From a virus, in the IMG/VR virus record IMGVR_UViG_3300018080_008375, positions 35,822-99,821 of that record: a DNA stretch of 64,000 bases; one strand, written 5' to 3'. A program made the position numbers and the translations under genes. Each line of letters opens with the position of its first letter. Positions within the stretch are counted from its first letter, which is position 1. Below the pieces are notes generated by a model. That model was not told the DNA's origin and ran no database searches. It saw only the letters and a list, made by a program, of their open reading frames with translations. Positions 17,469 to 31,314 of the stretch are shown in pieces.

Positions 17469-18419
17469 ATGGTCGGAATCAAGATAGTCGAGCCGCACGC
17501 TGAAATCATCACCCCGCGTTTTTGGCCCGATTGGAAGCAGGGAAGCCTGCGCATGATCGAGGAGTGCGGAAGGGTCAGCCACAAATCCGAGGGGCGCATC
17601 AAGGCAGACTCGGCAGAGCCGTTCATCGACAAGGTGGCGCTAGGCATGGGGCACGAATCAATTATTGAGCATGCGAACTTCACCGTGTGCTTTGTAGGTT
17701 CGAGATCCATGAGCCACCAGCTTGTTAGGCACAGGCTGGCCGCTTATACCCAGGCCTCACAAAGGTATTGCGATTATTCGTCCGAAAAGAAGTTTAATGA
17801 TATCCTCCAAGTAATCATGCCGCCCACCATCCTTGGATCGAAGATCCTGTGGGGCAAAACCGTGACGGTAAATGGCGATAACCTGGTCATCTCTGGGAAT
17901 GATGGCAAGGACGCTCCTCTTCTTTCCTATTTGTCCGAAAGGTTTTCGGATGAGTGGGCGCGCGGTGGGTATGACTGGTGCCACGATCAGATTAGATCAT
18001 ACCAGTCGTACAGGCGCGAGCGCGTTCGTGGAGTTCCGTCCGAAGATGCCCGGTCGCACCTGACGAACGCCTGCAAAACCGAGGTATACACGACCTACAA
18101 CCTGCGCACCTGGAGGCATGTTCTGGAGATTCGCACGGACAGCCACGCCCAGTGGGAGATTCGCATGATCATGAACCAGGCGCTTGATTTCTTCATGGAG
18201 CATGTTCCGTTCATGTTCGACGACATCGGCAAGCGCGTAACCTTCAGGCCCAAGGAGTTGAGGGTGCTACAGGATCTTTTCAACTCGTGCTATATCCAGC
18301 TGTCCGGCAAAAGCCACAAGGATCTGGGGCTTTCCAAGACGGAATTCAAAACTTTGGAAAAGAAGATCTCCAAGGCGGTTGTGGCAGCCGGAGAATGTCG
18401 CTGGCCGGGACCGTTTTAG
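17469..18419 (+). CDS. thyX: Flavin-dependent thymidylate synthase
   Basis: GHESIIEH, SHQLVRHR, SQRY, EDAR, AQWEIR. Confidence 0.93.
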   Translation: MVGIKIVEPHAEIITPRFWPDWKQGSLRMIEECGRVSHKSEGRIKADSAEPFIDKVALGMGHESIIEHANFTVCFVGSRSMSHQLVRHRLAAYTQASQRYCDYSSEKKFNDILQVIMPPTILGSKILWGKTVTVNGDNLVISGNDGKDAPLLSYLSERFSDEWARGGYDWCHDQIRSYQSYRRERVRGVPSEDARSHLTNACKTEVYTTYNLRTWRHVLEIRTDSHAQWEIRMIMNQALDFFMEHVPFMFDDIGKRVTFRPKELRVLQDLFNSCYIQLSGKSHKDLGLSKTEFKTLEKKISKAVVAAGECRWPGPF

Positions 18420-18429
18420 GAAGCGCTGG

Positions 18430-19038
18430 ATGATTAAGATCTACACCTTGGATGGTCCTCTGAATGTTGACAGGACCGACGAGCTCATAAAGATGCTTGA
18501 GAGCGTGCGTTTCCATCCTGAGATGGGAAAGTCACTGGACCATGCCCTCTCCGTACAGAGGGTGGTGTTCTACCTGAAGAATCCGGCCATGTGGTGGCGC
18601 GACCAAGGGGTCGGAATACTGGAGCGCAGGCTTGCCGGCGCAAGGAACCATGTGGGCGATCTTCTTGAGCACGAGGACATGAGGGACAGCATATTCTACG
18701 GGCGGCTCCGGAATGCGCTAAAAGCGACCGCCGACCTGCTGCGGAATCCCGCCCCCAGGGCATGGGACACGTCCTCGGACAGCGATGTGCTGAGATGCCC
18801 GCTATGCCTCGCGAGAGTGCCGGGCTGTAACCCTTGGAGGACGGACAAGGACACCGTCGAACCCATGAACGCCTTCGCCGTTCATGCGGACAGCATCTAC
18901 AGCTGCGGCGTCGCTTACCAGTGTCCCGGATGCCATGCCATGCATTCGGCGGTCAACATGGATGGCAAGCCGCCGGCAAAGACCTACAAGCCGGGCGAGA
19001 AGCGCGACGAGGTTGTGCTGATGCCAGTGGAAGGGTGA
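18430..19038 (+). CDS. Hypothetical Zn-ribbon protein
   Basis: CPLC, CPGC. Confidence 0.5.
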   Translation: MIKIYTLDGPLNVDRTDELIKMLESVRFHPEMGKSLDHALSVQRVVFYLKNPAMWWRDQGVGILERRLAGARNHVGDLLEHEDMRDSIFYGRLRNALKATADLLRNPAPRAWDTSSDSDVLRCPLCLARVPGCNPWRTDKDTVEPMNAFAVHADSIYSCGVAYQCPGCHAMHSAVNMDGKPPAKTYKPGEKRDEVVLMPVEG

Positions 19039-19041
19039 ATT

Positions 19042-19650
19042 ATGGCACGCGAAAAACACACGAAATGCGACAGGTGCGACAGGTGCGGGTTCGGCCTGGA
19101 GGACGGTCGGTCCGTACAGTGGTTCAGTAAGGACGGCTCGCTGATAGAGACGGTGTGCGAGGAGTGCGATTCGGACGAGAGGAAGCTGGAGTACCGCAAG
19201 ACCGGTCGCATCACCAGCAGGCTGCATTTGGACGCCGTCGTAAGGCGCGGCATAACCAGGGAAAACTGCCGCATCGACAGGACTTACCAGGCTGTGCTGG
19301 ACGACATGGAGAAGGTTGGGGAGGTCGCCAAAGGCTTCAACAAGAATGTGTGGCTGTCCGGCCTGCGGAAAAGGTACATGGATGCCAAGGAGAACGGGCA
19401 CAGCGCCAAGGCGGGCACCACGAAGTTCATGGTGTTCTGTATGGCTGGCAGGATACTGCTGACATTCGAGCGCGAGGGAGGGGACTACCTGACGCTCATA
19501 ACGTCCGACGAGGAGCCGCCGCGCGGTCTGGGGGTGCAGGGCATCGGATGCCGCGAGTATGTTGCCAGGGACATGATTTGTGATGTGTCCGTGGCATGGG
19601 AGGTTGGAAAGTTGGATTTTAAGCCTGATTCTGAGGTCAGTCTTATCTGA
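19042..19650 (+). CDS. Hypothetical protein
   Basis: CDRC, CEEC; coupled to next gene. Confidence 0.5.
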   Translation: MAREKHTKCDRCDRCGFGLEDGRSVQWFSKDGSLIETVCEECDSDERKLEYRKTGRITSRLHLDAVVRRGITRENCRIDRTYQAVLDDMEKVGEVAKGFNKNVWLSGLRKRYMDAKENGHSAKAGTTKFMVFCMAGRILLTFEREGGDYLTLITSDEEPPRGLGVQGIGCREYVARDMICDVSVAWEVGKLDFKPDSEVSLI

Positions 19651-19964
19651 TGGGCAAATCCTGGGCGGATGCCGCCATTGATAAACTGGCTGGCGGCGAA
19701 TCGGCGGATATCAGGCCGCATGGTAATTCCATGAAGGGAAAGGTCGAGAGCGGGCAGCAGGTAACGGTATCCCCGTGCGACGAGAGCGGGCTGGCTGCCG
19801 GCGACATGGTGCTCGTGCGCGTGAAGGGGCGCGTGTACCTTCATCTTGTCAAAGCCGTTCGCGAAGGCAAGGACGGAAAAAGGAGGTTTCAGATAGGCAA
19901 CAATTGCGGTGGTATAAACGGCTGGGTTGGAGCCAAGGCGATCTACGGAAAAATGGAGGGATGA
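19650..19964 (+). CDS. S24/S26 peptidase-like small protein
   Basis: GNSM, GDMVLV...LHLVKA, GNN..INGW. Confidence 0.6.
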   Translation: MGKSWADAAIDKLAGGESADIRPHGNSMKGKVESGQQVTVSPCDESGLAAGDMVLVRVKGRVYLHLVKAVREGKDGKRRFQIGNNCGGINGWVGAKAIYGKMEG

Positions 19965-20041
19965 TCCATAGGGGTTGGTGCCGGATACGGTCCGGGAGCC
20001 GCTGCGGCGGTTCAGGGGTTCGATTCCCCTTCCCTCCGCCA
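19955..20041 (+). tRNA. tRNA-like RNA with Ser-type acceptor and long variable arm, aberrant anticodon arm, encoded CCA
   Basis: GGAGGGA/TCCCTCC+G+CCA; T arm AGGGG-TTCGATT-CCCCT; variable arm GAGCCGC/GCGGTTC; anticodon arm CCGGA-TACGG-TCCGG. Confidence 0.75.
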
Positions 20042-20049
20042 ATCGGGTC

Positions 20050-20400
20050 ATGATGGTCCGAAAAATGGCCCAAAAGGAAACAATAATGCCGTACACGGAA
20101 AGGATCAAGAAGATAGCTCGGGCGGCGTACCACGGTCTTATTGACAAGGAGTGCGGTCCCGAATGGCTCATCGAATGCATGACCGATCGTTATTGGGACG
20201 ACATGGTACTTTGGAAAGAGAATGGCGTGGATCCCCCGCCTGACAGGCATGAGGCAATGGTGGCGATAGGATGCATGCTGCGCGACGGAAGGCTTGTCGC
20301 GGACGAGGAAGGAATGCTGTGGGCTCCGGCCTACTATCCCAACACTGTGGCGGATATCCGCAAGCGCAAGAGGCGCCCGAGGCGCAAATTTGAATGGTGA
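20050..20400 (+). CDS. Hypothetical protein
   Basis: Start uncertain (20050, 20065 or 20086). Confidence 0.45.
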   Translation: MMVRKMAQKETIMPYTERIKKIARAAYHGLIDKECGPEWLIECMTDRYWDDMVLWKENGVDPPPDRHEAMVAIGCMLRDGRLVADEEGMLWAPAYYPNTVADIRKRKRRPRRKFEW

Positions 20401-20403
20401 TTC

Positions 20404-20934
20404 ATGGAATGGTTTACTTCTGATACGCATTTCGGTGCTCAGCGTACGCTGGAGCTGAGCAGGCGACCCTTCGATTCCGTGGCGTGCATGGACTGGACCA
20501 TCGTGCGGAACTGGAACAGTATTGTGGGGCGCTCGGATACGGTCTATCATCTCGGAGATTTTGGCAACTGGTCCATGCTGGGCTATCTCAACGGCAACAT
20601 TATCCTTCTTCCAGGAAATTATGACGAGCCGATAGACGTATACCGGTCCGGAGTCAGGACGATCAAGAGCGGTCATGTCCAGTGGTTCAACGACGTGCGG
20701 CTCAAGATGGTGCATGATCCGCTGTCGGCCAAAAAGAGTCTGCCGGAGCAGTCGACGATGGATGAGGACCCGTTCTATCTGTTCGGTCACATACACAAGC
20801 TGCAAATGGTGAAGGAGAACGGTCTCAACGTGGGCGTGGACTGTCACAACTTCTGCCCCATAGACTTGGATACGGTACTGTTTTATCGCAATGCCATCAT
20901 CAATCATTACGACGAGAACGTGTTTTGCCCATGA
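20404..20934 (+). CDS. Calcineurin-like metallophosphoesterase
   Basis: SDTHF, HLGDF, PGNYD, GHIH, NVGVD. Confidence 0.9.
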   Translation: MEWFTSDTHFGAQRTLELSRRPFDSVACMDWTIVRNWNSIVGRSDTVYHLGDFGNWSMLGYLNGNIILLPGNYDEPIDVYRSGVRTIKSGHVQWFNDVRLKMVHDPLSAKKSLPEQSTMDEDPFYLFGHIHKLQMVKENGLNVGVDCHNFCPIDLDTVLFYRNAIINHYDENVFCP

Positions 20935-21794
20935 GAAATGCGACAGTGAAGATCATGAAGTTTCTGGTTGTCCTGGCTGTGCTCCTGTATTCCGTGAGCG
21001 CATCGGCGGAATTCACGCCGTTCTTTTTCATACAGCTGTCGGATCCGCAGTTTGGATGCCACGGCAAATCCCTGGAGAAGGAGACGAGAAACGCCGAGCT
21101 GGTCGTCAAGGTCATGAACAAGCTCGGACCTAGGTTTGTCGTTATCACCGGCGACCTCGTCCACGCTTTTCCTGGCCACAAAGGGAGGAAGGAGCAGGTC
21201 AGGCGCTTCTGGAAGGTGTTCTCCAAGCTTGAGCGCCCGCTGTACCTGGTGCCCGGCAACCACGATGTCGGAAACTATCCCACGGCGCGGAGCATAGCGC
21301 AGTACAAGCGCGAGTTCAGGACCAAGGACAGGTACGTTTTCACGGAGAGCGGCGTGAAGTTCATGGCGCTCAACTCAAGCCTCATATGGATGAACAGGGG
21401 CGCTGAGTCCAAGAGGCACGAGAGGTGGATGAAGAAGAACATCGACGATGTGCGGCTGGTATTCCAGCACCACCAATGGTTCATCTATAGTCCGCACGAA
21501 AAGAATGGGTATTTCAATCTGCCCAAAAGAAAGAGGTGTTGGCTGCGGGTTTTCGGCAATGCCGGCGTTGATGCCGTTCTGGCAGGTCATTTTCATCACA
21601 ACATAGCACAGACCATTGACCATACATGGGTGATATCAACATCGTCTTTGTCGTGCCCTCTGAAGCGGCGCGGTCTGGACAGCAAGAGGAGAGTGTACAA
21701 GCCCGGTTTCAGGGTTGTGACTGTGCGCCGTGACGGCATGGAGCACATGTTCTACGATCTGTGGAACTATCCGGAGGAAAGTGATTTCATATGA
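20931..21794 (+). CDS. Secreted metallophosphoesterase (CPPED1-like)
   Basis: Signal peptide ending ASA; SDPQFG, TGDLV, PGNHDVG, GHFHHN. Confidence 0.85.
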   Translation: MRNATVKIMKFLVVLAVLLYSVSASAEFTPFFFIQLSDPQFGCHGKSLEKETRNAELVVKVMNKLGPRFVVITGDLVHAFPGHKGRKEQVRRFWKVFSKLERPLYLVPGNHDVGNYPTARSIAQYKREFRTKDRYVFTESGVKFMALNSSLIWMNRGAESKRHERWMKKNIDDVRLVFQHHQWFIYSPHEKNGYFNLPKRKRCWLRVFGNAGVDAVLAGHFHHNIAQTIDHTWVISTSSLSCPLKRRGLDSKRRVYKPGFRVVTVRRDGMEHMFYDLWNYPEESDFI

Positions 21795-22249
21795 GTGATA
21801 TCAAGAGAATGTGCGTCGGATTTGCGTTTGACAAGGAAACGCACGATCGAGTCCTAATGATTAGGAAAAACAGACCAGAATGGCAGAAGGGCAAGCTCAA
21901 TGGAGTGGGCGGGCATATAGAGGATGGGGAGAAGGAGCATGATGCTATGGCGCGCGAGTTTATGGAGGAGACCGGCTTGTCCGTGCCCGCTGAAAATTGG
22001 CAGCTTTTTGTCACCATGGCGGGAAAAGGGTGGGTCCTGTACACCTTCTGTGCTGAAATCAGCTATAAGAATATGCTGGGTGCTAGGACGACGACAGACG
22101 AGGGGGTTGATGTGTGGCTTCTGGAAAGCCTTTTGTTGGGTGGAACAGCTCGGGAGTGTGTACCGAACTCGGCATGGTTATTGCCTATGGCGCGCGACTT
22201 CCTGACTAACAAATACGGTCCCATGTATGCCAGGGTGTATTATGGATGA
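21791..22249 (+). CDS. NUDIX hydrolase
   Basis: GGHIEDGE...AMAREFMEETG. Confidence 0.88.
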   Translation: MSDIKRMCVGFAFDKETHDRVLMIRKNRPEWQKGKLNGVGGHIEDGEKEHDAMAREFMEETGLSVPAENWQLFVTMAGKGWVLYTFCAEISYKNMLGARTTTDEGVDVWLLESLLLGGTARECVPNSAWLLPMARDFLTNKYGPMYARVYYG

Positions 22250-22520
22250 AAAAAAGATGCGAAAATGGAGCGAAATCAGGAAGTCGATAGCTGAGGCGGA
22301 ACGGCAGGGGTTGTACGAGCTTTCTGAGCACGCCACATGTGACTTGGATATATGGGACCGGGAGTTCGTATGCTCCATATGCGGAAAGCCCTTGGTTTCA
22401 GATAAGCACAATCCGTTCTGCTCCGAGAGATGCCGGATGGTGGACCTTTACAACTGGCTCAACGACGAATACTCCTTGCCTGTCGCAGAGCACAAGGAAT
22501 GGAGCGGAGAGGATGTCTGA
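22242..22520 (+). CDS. yacG: YacG-like DNA gyrase inhibitor
   Basis: CSICGK...PFCSERCRMVDLYNWLNDEY matches the YacG signature. Confidence 0.8.
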   Translation: MDEKKMRKWSEIRKSIAEAERQGLYELSEHATCDLDIWDREFVCSICGKPLVSDKHNPFCSERCRMVDLYNWLNDEYSLPVAEHKEWSGEDV

Positions 22521-22878
22521 CGCCAAATGTCCGGATTGCTGGAAAAGCGCGGTCGTCACCAGCACGGTTGACCGCCTGCAGAAGCAGCTCAAGCTTCTGG
22601 CGGACAGGGGATACGGCGACCGCGACCGCCTGTTCCGCAAAATGGTCGAGGAGTTCGGAGAATACGCGGAGGCAATAGAGTACTACAACGGATCCACCAG
22701 GAAAAAGAAGAAGCTAGGGGGCCTGGATCCGGTGGCGAAGCTGCGCGAGGAGGTGGCGGACATGCTGATGATCACCTTGGCGCTCGCCAAGGTTGAGGGC
22801 ATGGACATCGTCAGGGCGTGCGACATGGCGGCGTCAAAGCTGGAGCAGCGGACGAAGGAGCACAATGAGCGCAAGTAG
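22513..22878 (+). CDS. MazG-like nucleotide pyrophosphohydrolase
   Basis: KMVEEFGEYAEA, LREEVADML. Confidence 0.85.
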   Translation: MSDAKCPDCWKSAVVTSTVDRLQKQLKLLADRGYGDRDRLFRKMVEEFGEYAEAIEYYNGSTRKKKKLGGLDPVAKLREEVADMLMITLALAKVEGMDIVRACDMAASKLEQRTKEHNERK

Positions 22879-24097
22879 CAAGAGGTTCGTCAGCCTGTTT
22901 TCGGGAGCCGGAGGCCTGGACCTGGGCTTCATGGCCGAGGGGTGGTCCCCGGTGATGATGGTTGACAACTGGGATCCTGCGGTGCGGACGCTGGAGGCCA
23001 ACCATTCGAAGGCGCTCGTGGTGAACTGGGACCTGGCGACTGTGTCTGGGAGCCTGATCAAGGACGCCGCGGAGAGCCAGGGGGTCGGGTTTTACGAGGT
23101 CGATTGCGTAATGGGCGGGCCGCCGTGCCAGCCATTCTCCCGCCTCAACCAGAACCAGCTGTTCGATGGCGGGGAAAACACGGAAACGAACATGAACGAT
23201 CCGAGGCGCAGCCTGTTCATGTCTTTCATCAGGATTGTCAGGCTGATCAAGCCGAAGTTCGTCGTGATGGAGAATGTGTTTGACCTCGCCAACCGAAGGC
23301 TGGGAGGAAGCGGGCCGGAGAAGGACCGCATGATCGTCGGAGTGATAGCCGAGCAGTTCGAAAACGCCGGATACAATGTCTCGTTCGGGGTTCTCATAGC
23401 CGCGCAGTACGACGTTCCCCAAATGCGCAAGAGGCTGGTTTTCATCGGTGCGCGCAAGAACCTTGGAGTGACGCCGTCAATGCCGGAACCTGTGACGCTA
23501 AGGACATCGGTGGCGACGGAGTTTTCCAGAATACAGCCACATCACCCGAATCAGGACAGAAAAAAGCATACGAAAACATGGGTTGAGCGGGCGCGGCATG
23601 TTCCGAAAGGCGGGTACTACAATGATCTGCCGCTTGAGCACAAGGTACTGAAGCCGGTCGACCTGGATTTTGTCGGCTCCTATGACGGTCAGGCGCGGCA
23701 CTACGCTATCAGTCGCAAAGACGGGTCATGGGACGAGTTCAAGTGGGACCTCCGCAGGGAGATTGCCGTGTTCTCCGGCAGGTACGAGGGGTGGGAGCTG
23801 GGCATGGCGCAGCTTGAGTGCGACACGGATGGATGCCAGATATACCGGGTGATGCCGCGCATGGGGACGTACCTGCGGCGCATCAGGTGGGGTATTTCCC
23901 ATACGGTCACGCGCAATCCCCTGATCCACCCCGACGAGCATCGGGAGATCACCGTGCGGGAGAAGGCAGCCATACAGACGTTTCCACCTGAATACGAGTT
24001 CGTTGGCAAGCTCCAGGACCAGCATGTCCTGGTGGGAAATGCGGTTCCAGTCAACCTCGGGCGTTCGATTGCCAGGCACGTGGGAGGGATGCTCTGA
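22865..24097 (+). CDS. DNA (cytosine-5) methyltransferase 1
   Basis: SLFSGAGG, GGPPCQ, ENV, QMRKR, GNAVP. Confidence 0.93.
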   Translation: MSASSKRFVSLFSGAGGLDLGFMAEGWSPVMMVDNWDPAVRTLEANHSKALVVNWDLATVSGSLIKDAAESQGVGFYEVDCVMGGPPCQPFSRLNQNQLFDGGENTETNMNDPRRSLFMSFIRIVRLIKPKFVVMENVFDLANRRLGGSGPEKDRMIVGVIAEQFENAGYNVSFGVLIAAQYDVPQMRKRLVFIGARKNLGVTPSMPEPVTLRTSVATEFSRIQPHHPNQDRKKHTKTWVERARHVPKGGYYNDLPLEHKVLKPVDLDFVGSYDGQARHYAISRKDGSWDEFKWDLRREIAVFSGRYEGWELGMAQLECDTDGCQIYRVMPRMGTYLRRIRWGISHTVTRNPLIHPDEHREITVREKAAIQTFPPEYEFVGKLQDQHVLVGNAVPVNLGRSIARHVGGML

Positions 24098-24993
24098 TGT
24101 ATGAAACGACAAACCTTCTTGTGCGGCTGTGTAACATAGCGGATGAGGGTCGCAGGATGCCGTCGGCCAACATGTCACTTCCCCTATTCAGAAGGGGAGA
24201 GAGTCTTGAAAAAGAACTGGGGAGATTGTCCGTCCGCCCGGAGCGTCCGGACTACGATCCGGTTGCCTACATATCCGAAAACTCCAGTCCAATAGACCTG
24301 ATATGCTCCGGATCAGACGCGGAGGAGATGAAGGCTCTGCGTGGCAGCCCGAGAATGATAGCGTGGAACAGCAGCCATATCGTCCCGATGGTTGGTCTGG
24401 ACTACCCAAGCCTTACGAAGCGTGCGGCGGAGTCGTGCTCGGAATGGCCAAAGCCGTTTCTGATAAACTCTTTGGAAGGCGGGGTTCTGTGGTCCGTGTA
24501 CGGGGAGACGTTTCTGGCCGCCTCCAGGTCGGACGCAGTGCCGGTGTCGATGGTGAAGAGGGCGCTGGAGAAGCTCATCAGGCAGCATGGACTGGAGGCT
24601 ATCAGGCGCGAGATTGTTTCGAAATGCGGTGCTGGCGCATGGGAGTCCTACAGGAAAGACATTTTCCTGCTGCCGAAAAAGAATACCCTCGGGGAGCTTG
24701 CGCGCTTTTCCGCGGGCGGCAGCACCAGGGTGAGGATGCGCGCCATGACCGAGGAAGAGTCCATGTCCAGCAGGTTTGCCGGCAAGTTTAAAAAGATGTT
24801 CGGCATGAAGGGCGGATGGCTGGCATGCGCAATGGTTCCGGAAAGGATATATTCCATGTATCCGCAGAAGGACAAGGAGCGCCTAGTTTCCTATATCGAC
24901 CGCAGGGGTGTGCGATTCAGGTGGTGTCGCATCAGGGGAAAGATACATGCGGCCATCGCCGTTTTGGGGAGTTGTAAAGGAGAGTGCGCATGA
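24097..24993 (+). CDS. Hypothetical protein
   Basis: Coupled between two MTase genes. Confidence 0.55.
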   Translation: MYETTNLLVRLCNIADEGRRMPSANMSLPLFRRGESLEKELGRLSVRPERPDYDPVAYISENSSPIDLICSGSDAEEMKALRGSPRMIAWNSSHIVPMVGLDYPSLTKRAAESCSEWPKPFLINSLEGGVLWSVYGETFLAASRSDAVPVSMVKRALEKLIRQHGLEAIRREIVSKCGAGAWESYRKDIFLLPKKNTLGELARFSAGGSTRVRMRAMTEEESMSSRFAGKFKKMFGMKGGWLACAMVPERIYSMYPQKDKERLVSYIDRRGVRFRWCRIRGKIHAAIAVLGSCKGECA

Positions 24994-25975
24994 GGATAGT
25001 TTCCTTGTTTTCCGGATGCGGCGGTCTGGATTTGGGATTCAAGCGCGCCGGCTTCAAGATCGTCTGGGCAAACGAGTTCGACAGGTCGATCATACCCACC
25101 TTCAGGAAGCAGTTTTCGAAAACGGAACTCGATTCCAGGAGCATATCGGATATAGATATTTCCGACATTCCCGATGCTGACGGGATAGTCGGAGGTCCTC
25201 CATGCCAGTCCTGGAGCGAGTTCGGGTCAAAGCGCGGCATCGACGACGATAGGGGAAAGCTGTTCCTGAGGTATGTAGATATCATAGAAGAGAAGAGACC
25301 GAAATTTTTCCTGGCGGAGAACGTTTCCGGAATACTTGCCAAGAGGCATTACGATGCGCTGGACAGGATACTCGCCAGCCTGTCCTCGGAATACGAGGTT
25401 CGGATGGAACTTCTGAACGCCGCGGATTTCGGCGTGCCGCAGGACAGGGAGCGCGTCATTTTCATCGGATACAGGCGCGACCTGAAAAGGGCGTTCGACT
25501 TCTCCGGAGTCAGGAGGACCAAGAGGACGACCCTGCGCGACGCCATCTGGGACCTGCGCAAGTCGGCTGTGCCGGCTGCCGTTGTCGGCGGGCGGAGGAA
25601 TCGCGCAAACGCGTCGTTGGCGGTTCCCAATCACGAATACTTCAAGGGCACGTACTCGCCGCACTACATGTCGCGCAACCGTGTGCGCGGATGGGACGAG
25701 CGCTCCTTCACGATCCAAGCGGGGGCGCGCCACGCCCCTATGCATCCGCAGGCCCCAAAGATGGTCAGCGTCGGAAAGGACAAGTTTGCGTTCGACGGCG
25801 ACGAATCGCTGTACCGCAGGCTTTCCGTGAGGGAATGCGCCAGGGTGCAGACGTTTCCGGACAGTTTTGTGTTTGTTTACGATGATGTCGCATGCGGGTA
25901 CAAGATGGTTGGGAATGCCGTCCCAGTTAGGATGGCCAAGGCTCTTGCGGGGGCGATAAAGAGGGATTTTTCCTG

Positions 25976-25976
<1 letters not shown>
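24990..25976 (+). CDS. DNA (cytosine-5) methyltransferase 2, M.HaeIII-like (probably GGCC)
   Basis: PCQSWSE..SKRGIDDDRG, MSRNRVR, HPQAP, LYRRLSVRECARVQ resemble M.HaeIII. Confidence 0.9.
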
Positions 25977-29735
<3,759 letters not shown>

Positions 29736-29736
29736 A

Positions 29737-30126
29737 ATGAGAGCGAAAGGTTTTTTCATGGCGCTTCTGGCTGCGCTGATCATGGCGTTTTCGGGATGCG
29801 CGACGACTCTGTCGCAGAGCGAGACCGAAAGCCTGGCTGGTTGGGTGGGCATTGTTGACATATGGGGCGGGCATGACAGGACGATTGGCGAACGGCCCGT
29901 TTTAGGCCTTTCGGATGTTACGCCGCTCAGGGGCGTTACGGTTGTGGTTGCCAACCCCACGAAAGCGGACAGTACTGTTACTATATCGTGCAAGTTCAAG
30001 TCCGACGGCGTAGTGTTCGGTAGTGCGTCCAAGGTTGTCAAGGCCGGGCACAAGAGCAGGATTCTCGTCAGGGGATTTGCGCGCATCATGGATAATGTTG
30101 TAACCTGCGAAGCCTCGTCTAAGTAG
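29737..30126 (+). CDS. Putative lipoprotein
   Basis: Signal peptide with FSGC lipobox. Confidence 0.6.
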   Translation: MRAKGFFMALLAALIMAFSGCATTLSQSETESLAGWVGIVDIWGGHDRTIGERPVLGLSDVTPLRGVTVVVANPTKADSTVTISCKFKSDGVVFGSASKVVKAGHKSRILVRGFARIMDNVVTCEASSK

Positions 30127-30162
30127 ACGCGGTTGACTACTGGCGCAGGGAAAGAACTAACG

Positions 30163-30190
30163 GGGCTGCCGCTCGCACGGGCGGCAGCCC
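30163..30190 (+). terminator. Strong intergenic hairpin, possible terminator
   Basis: GGGCTGCCGCTC-GCAC-GGGCGGCAGCCC followed by a pyrimidine-rich tail. Confidence 0.5.
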
Positions 30191-30211
30191 TCTCCTTTAG
30201 CAAAGGTCAAC

Positions 30212-30799
30212 ATGTCCAAGCAGAGACGCAAGGCGGCAAAGAAAAAGCGCAAAAAGAAAAGAACCAGGAAGCCCAGCCTGCCAAGGGCCACTTTGTCGGC
30301 AATACACAAGTGCTGGAAGGAGACGGACACCCGCAAGGAGTGTCTTGAGCTGCTGGCTGAAAGGGTCCCTGACATCCCCCCCCCGAAGGCTTGGGGGATT
30401 ATACGGAAGCTGTCGAAGACGGAAAGGCAGTGGGTCCTAACTGCGCGGGAAAAGGAAAGGGCCAAGGAGGCTCTTGAGAAAGAGAAGGAGCGCAAGCGGA
30501 AGGAGCGCGTTCGCAATCGCGAAAAGCGCGAGAAGGAAAAAGCGCGCAGGAGCAGGAGTGGCGAGATAGGCGACCGGCTCAAGCCAGAGCATTTTCCGCT
30601 GCTGTCGGATTCGCTGGGCAACGACTTCTTTTTCTGCCCGGATGTGCGTCAGCATGTGACGGTTCCGTCATGCGTTTTTCGCGTGTTTTATGTGGACGAG
30701 GCGTACGGCTTCTCGCCCGGCGGTCCGTGCCTGAAATGTAGGCGAATGGACAAGCACATACCTGAGATAGAGAAGGCAATCGGAGGTGCGGAACAATGA
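30212..30799 (+). CDS. Basic hypothetical protein
   Basis: K/R-rich; C-terminal Cys cluster. Confidence 0.55.
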   Translation: MSKQRRKAAKKKRKKKRTRKPSLPRATLSAIHKCWKETDTRKECLELLAERVPDIPPPKAWGIIRKLSKTERQWVLTAREKERAKEALEKEKERKRKERVRNREKREKEKARRSRSGEIGDRLKPEHFPLLSDSLGNDFFFCPDVRQHVTVPSCVFRVFYVDEAYGFSPGGPCLKCRRMDKHIPEIEKAIGGAEQ

Positions 30800-31314
30800 C
30801 AGACCAACCGCCCAAGCGCAAGAAGTTGGAAGACATCCGGCCGGCGAATGTCGGTGTGAAAGTAAAGCCCAGAAGATCAAGGAGAAAGGAGCCGCCAAAG
30901 CAGAAGCATCCGCCCATCATACGGCGAAATGCGGCCCCCCCCGAAACTCCAACCCCCCCACCTTCCGACGAGGCGCTTAAGACCGCAGTGCGCAGCAACA
31001 AGGCGCAGGAGCGGCTCATGGAGGCGATAAAAGAAATCAACCGGCTCATGAATGTAACGGTGTTGCCGGAGAACAAATCGGTCGCCGAGAAGGACCGCGA
31101 CCGGGCTGCCGTTGCGAGTCTGGTTTCCGCGGTGCAGGATGTGGAGGCGATCAGCCCCGGCGAGGGGATCCTGGCGATGGCCATTCTGACCGTCAGGCAG
31201 GGAATGTCCCTTCGCGATGCGGGAAACCGTTTGGCTTACATGGGACAGCAGATGGAAGACAGGCTGAGTGCGGTAGAGGCAGTCGTTGCGGAGGACAGTG
31301 ATGGCGAAAAGTGA
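30796..31314 (+). CDS. Hypothetical protein
   Basis: SD GGAGG; ATGA overlap. Confidence 0.55.
   Translation: MTDQPPKRKKLEDIRPANVGVKVKPRRSRRKEPPKQKHPPIIRRNAAPPETPTPPPSDEALKTAVRSNKAQERLMEAIKEINRLMNVTVLPENKSVAEKDRDRAAVASLVSAVQDVEAISPGEGILAMAILTVRQGMSLRDAGNRLAYMGQQMEDRLSAVEAVVAEDSDGEK

Noticed and set aside
19955-20041. tmRNA or Y RNA
   Set aside because: No G3:U70 Ala determinant, too short, no tag ORF, and no Ro/TROVE or SmpB gene in the window.
12066-22878. 2-aminoadenine (Z) or other base-substituted genome, suggested by DUF5664 and MazG
   Set aside because: No purZ or other base-synthesis gene in the window. UDG, ThyX and C5 MTases fit ordinary DNA.
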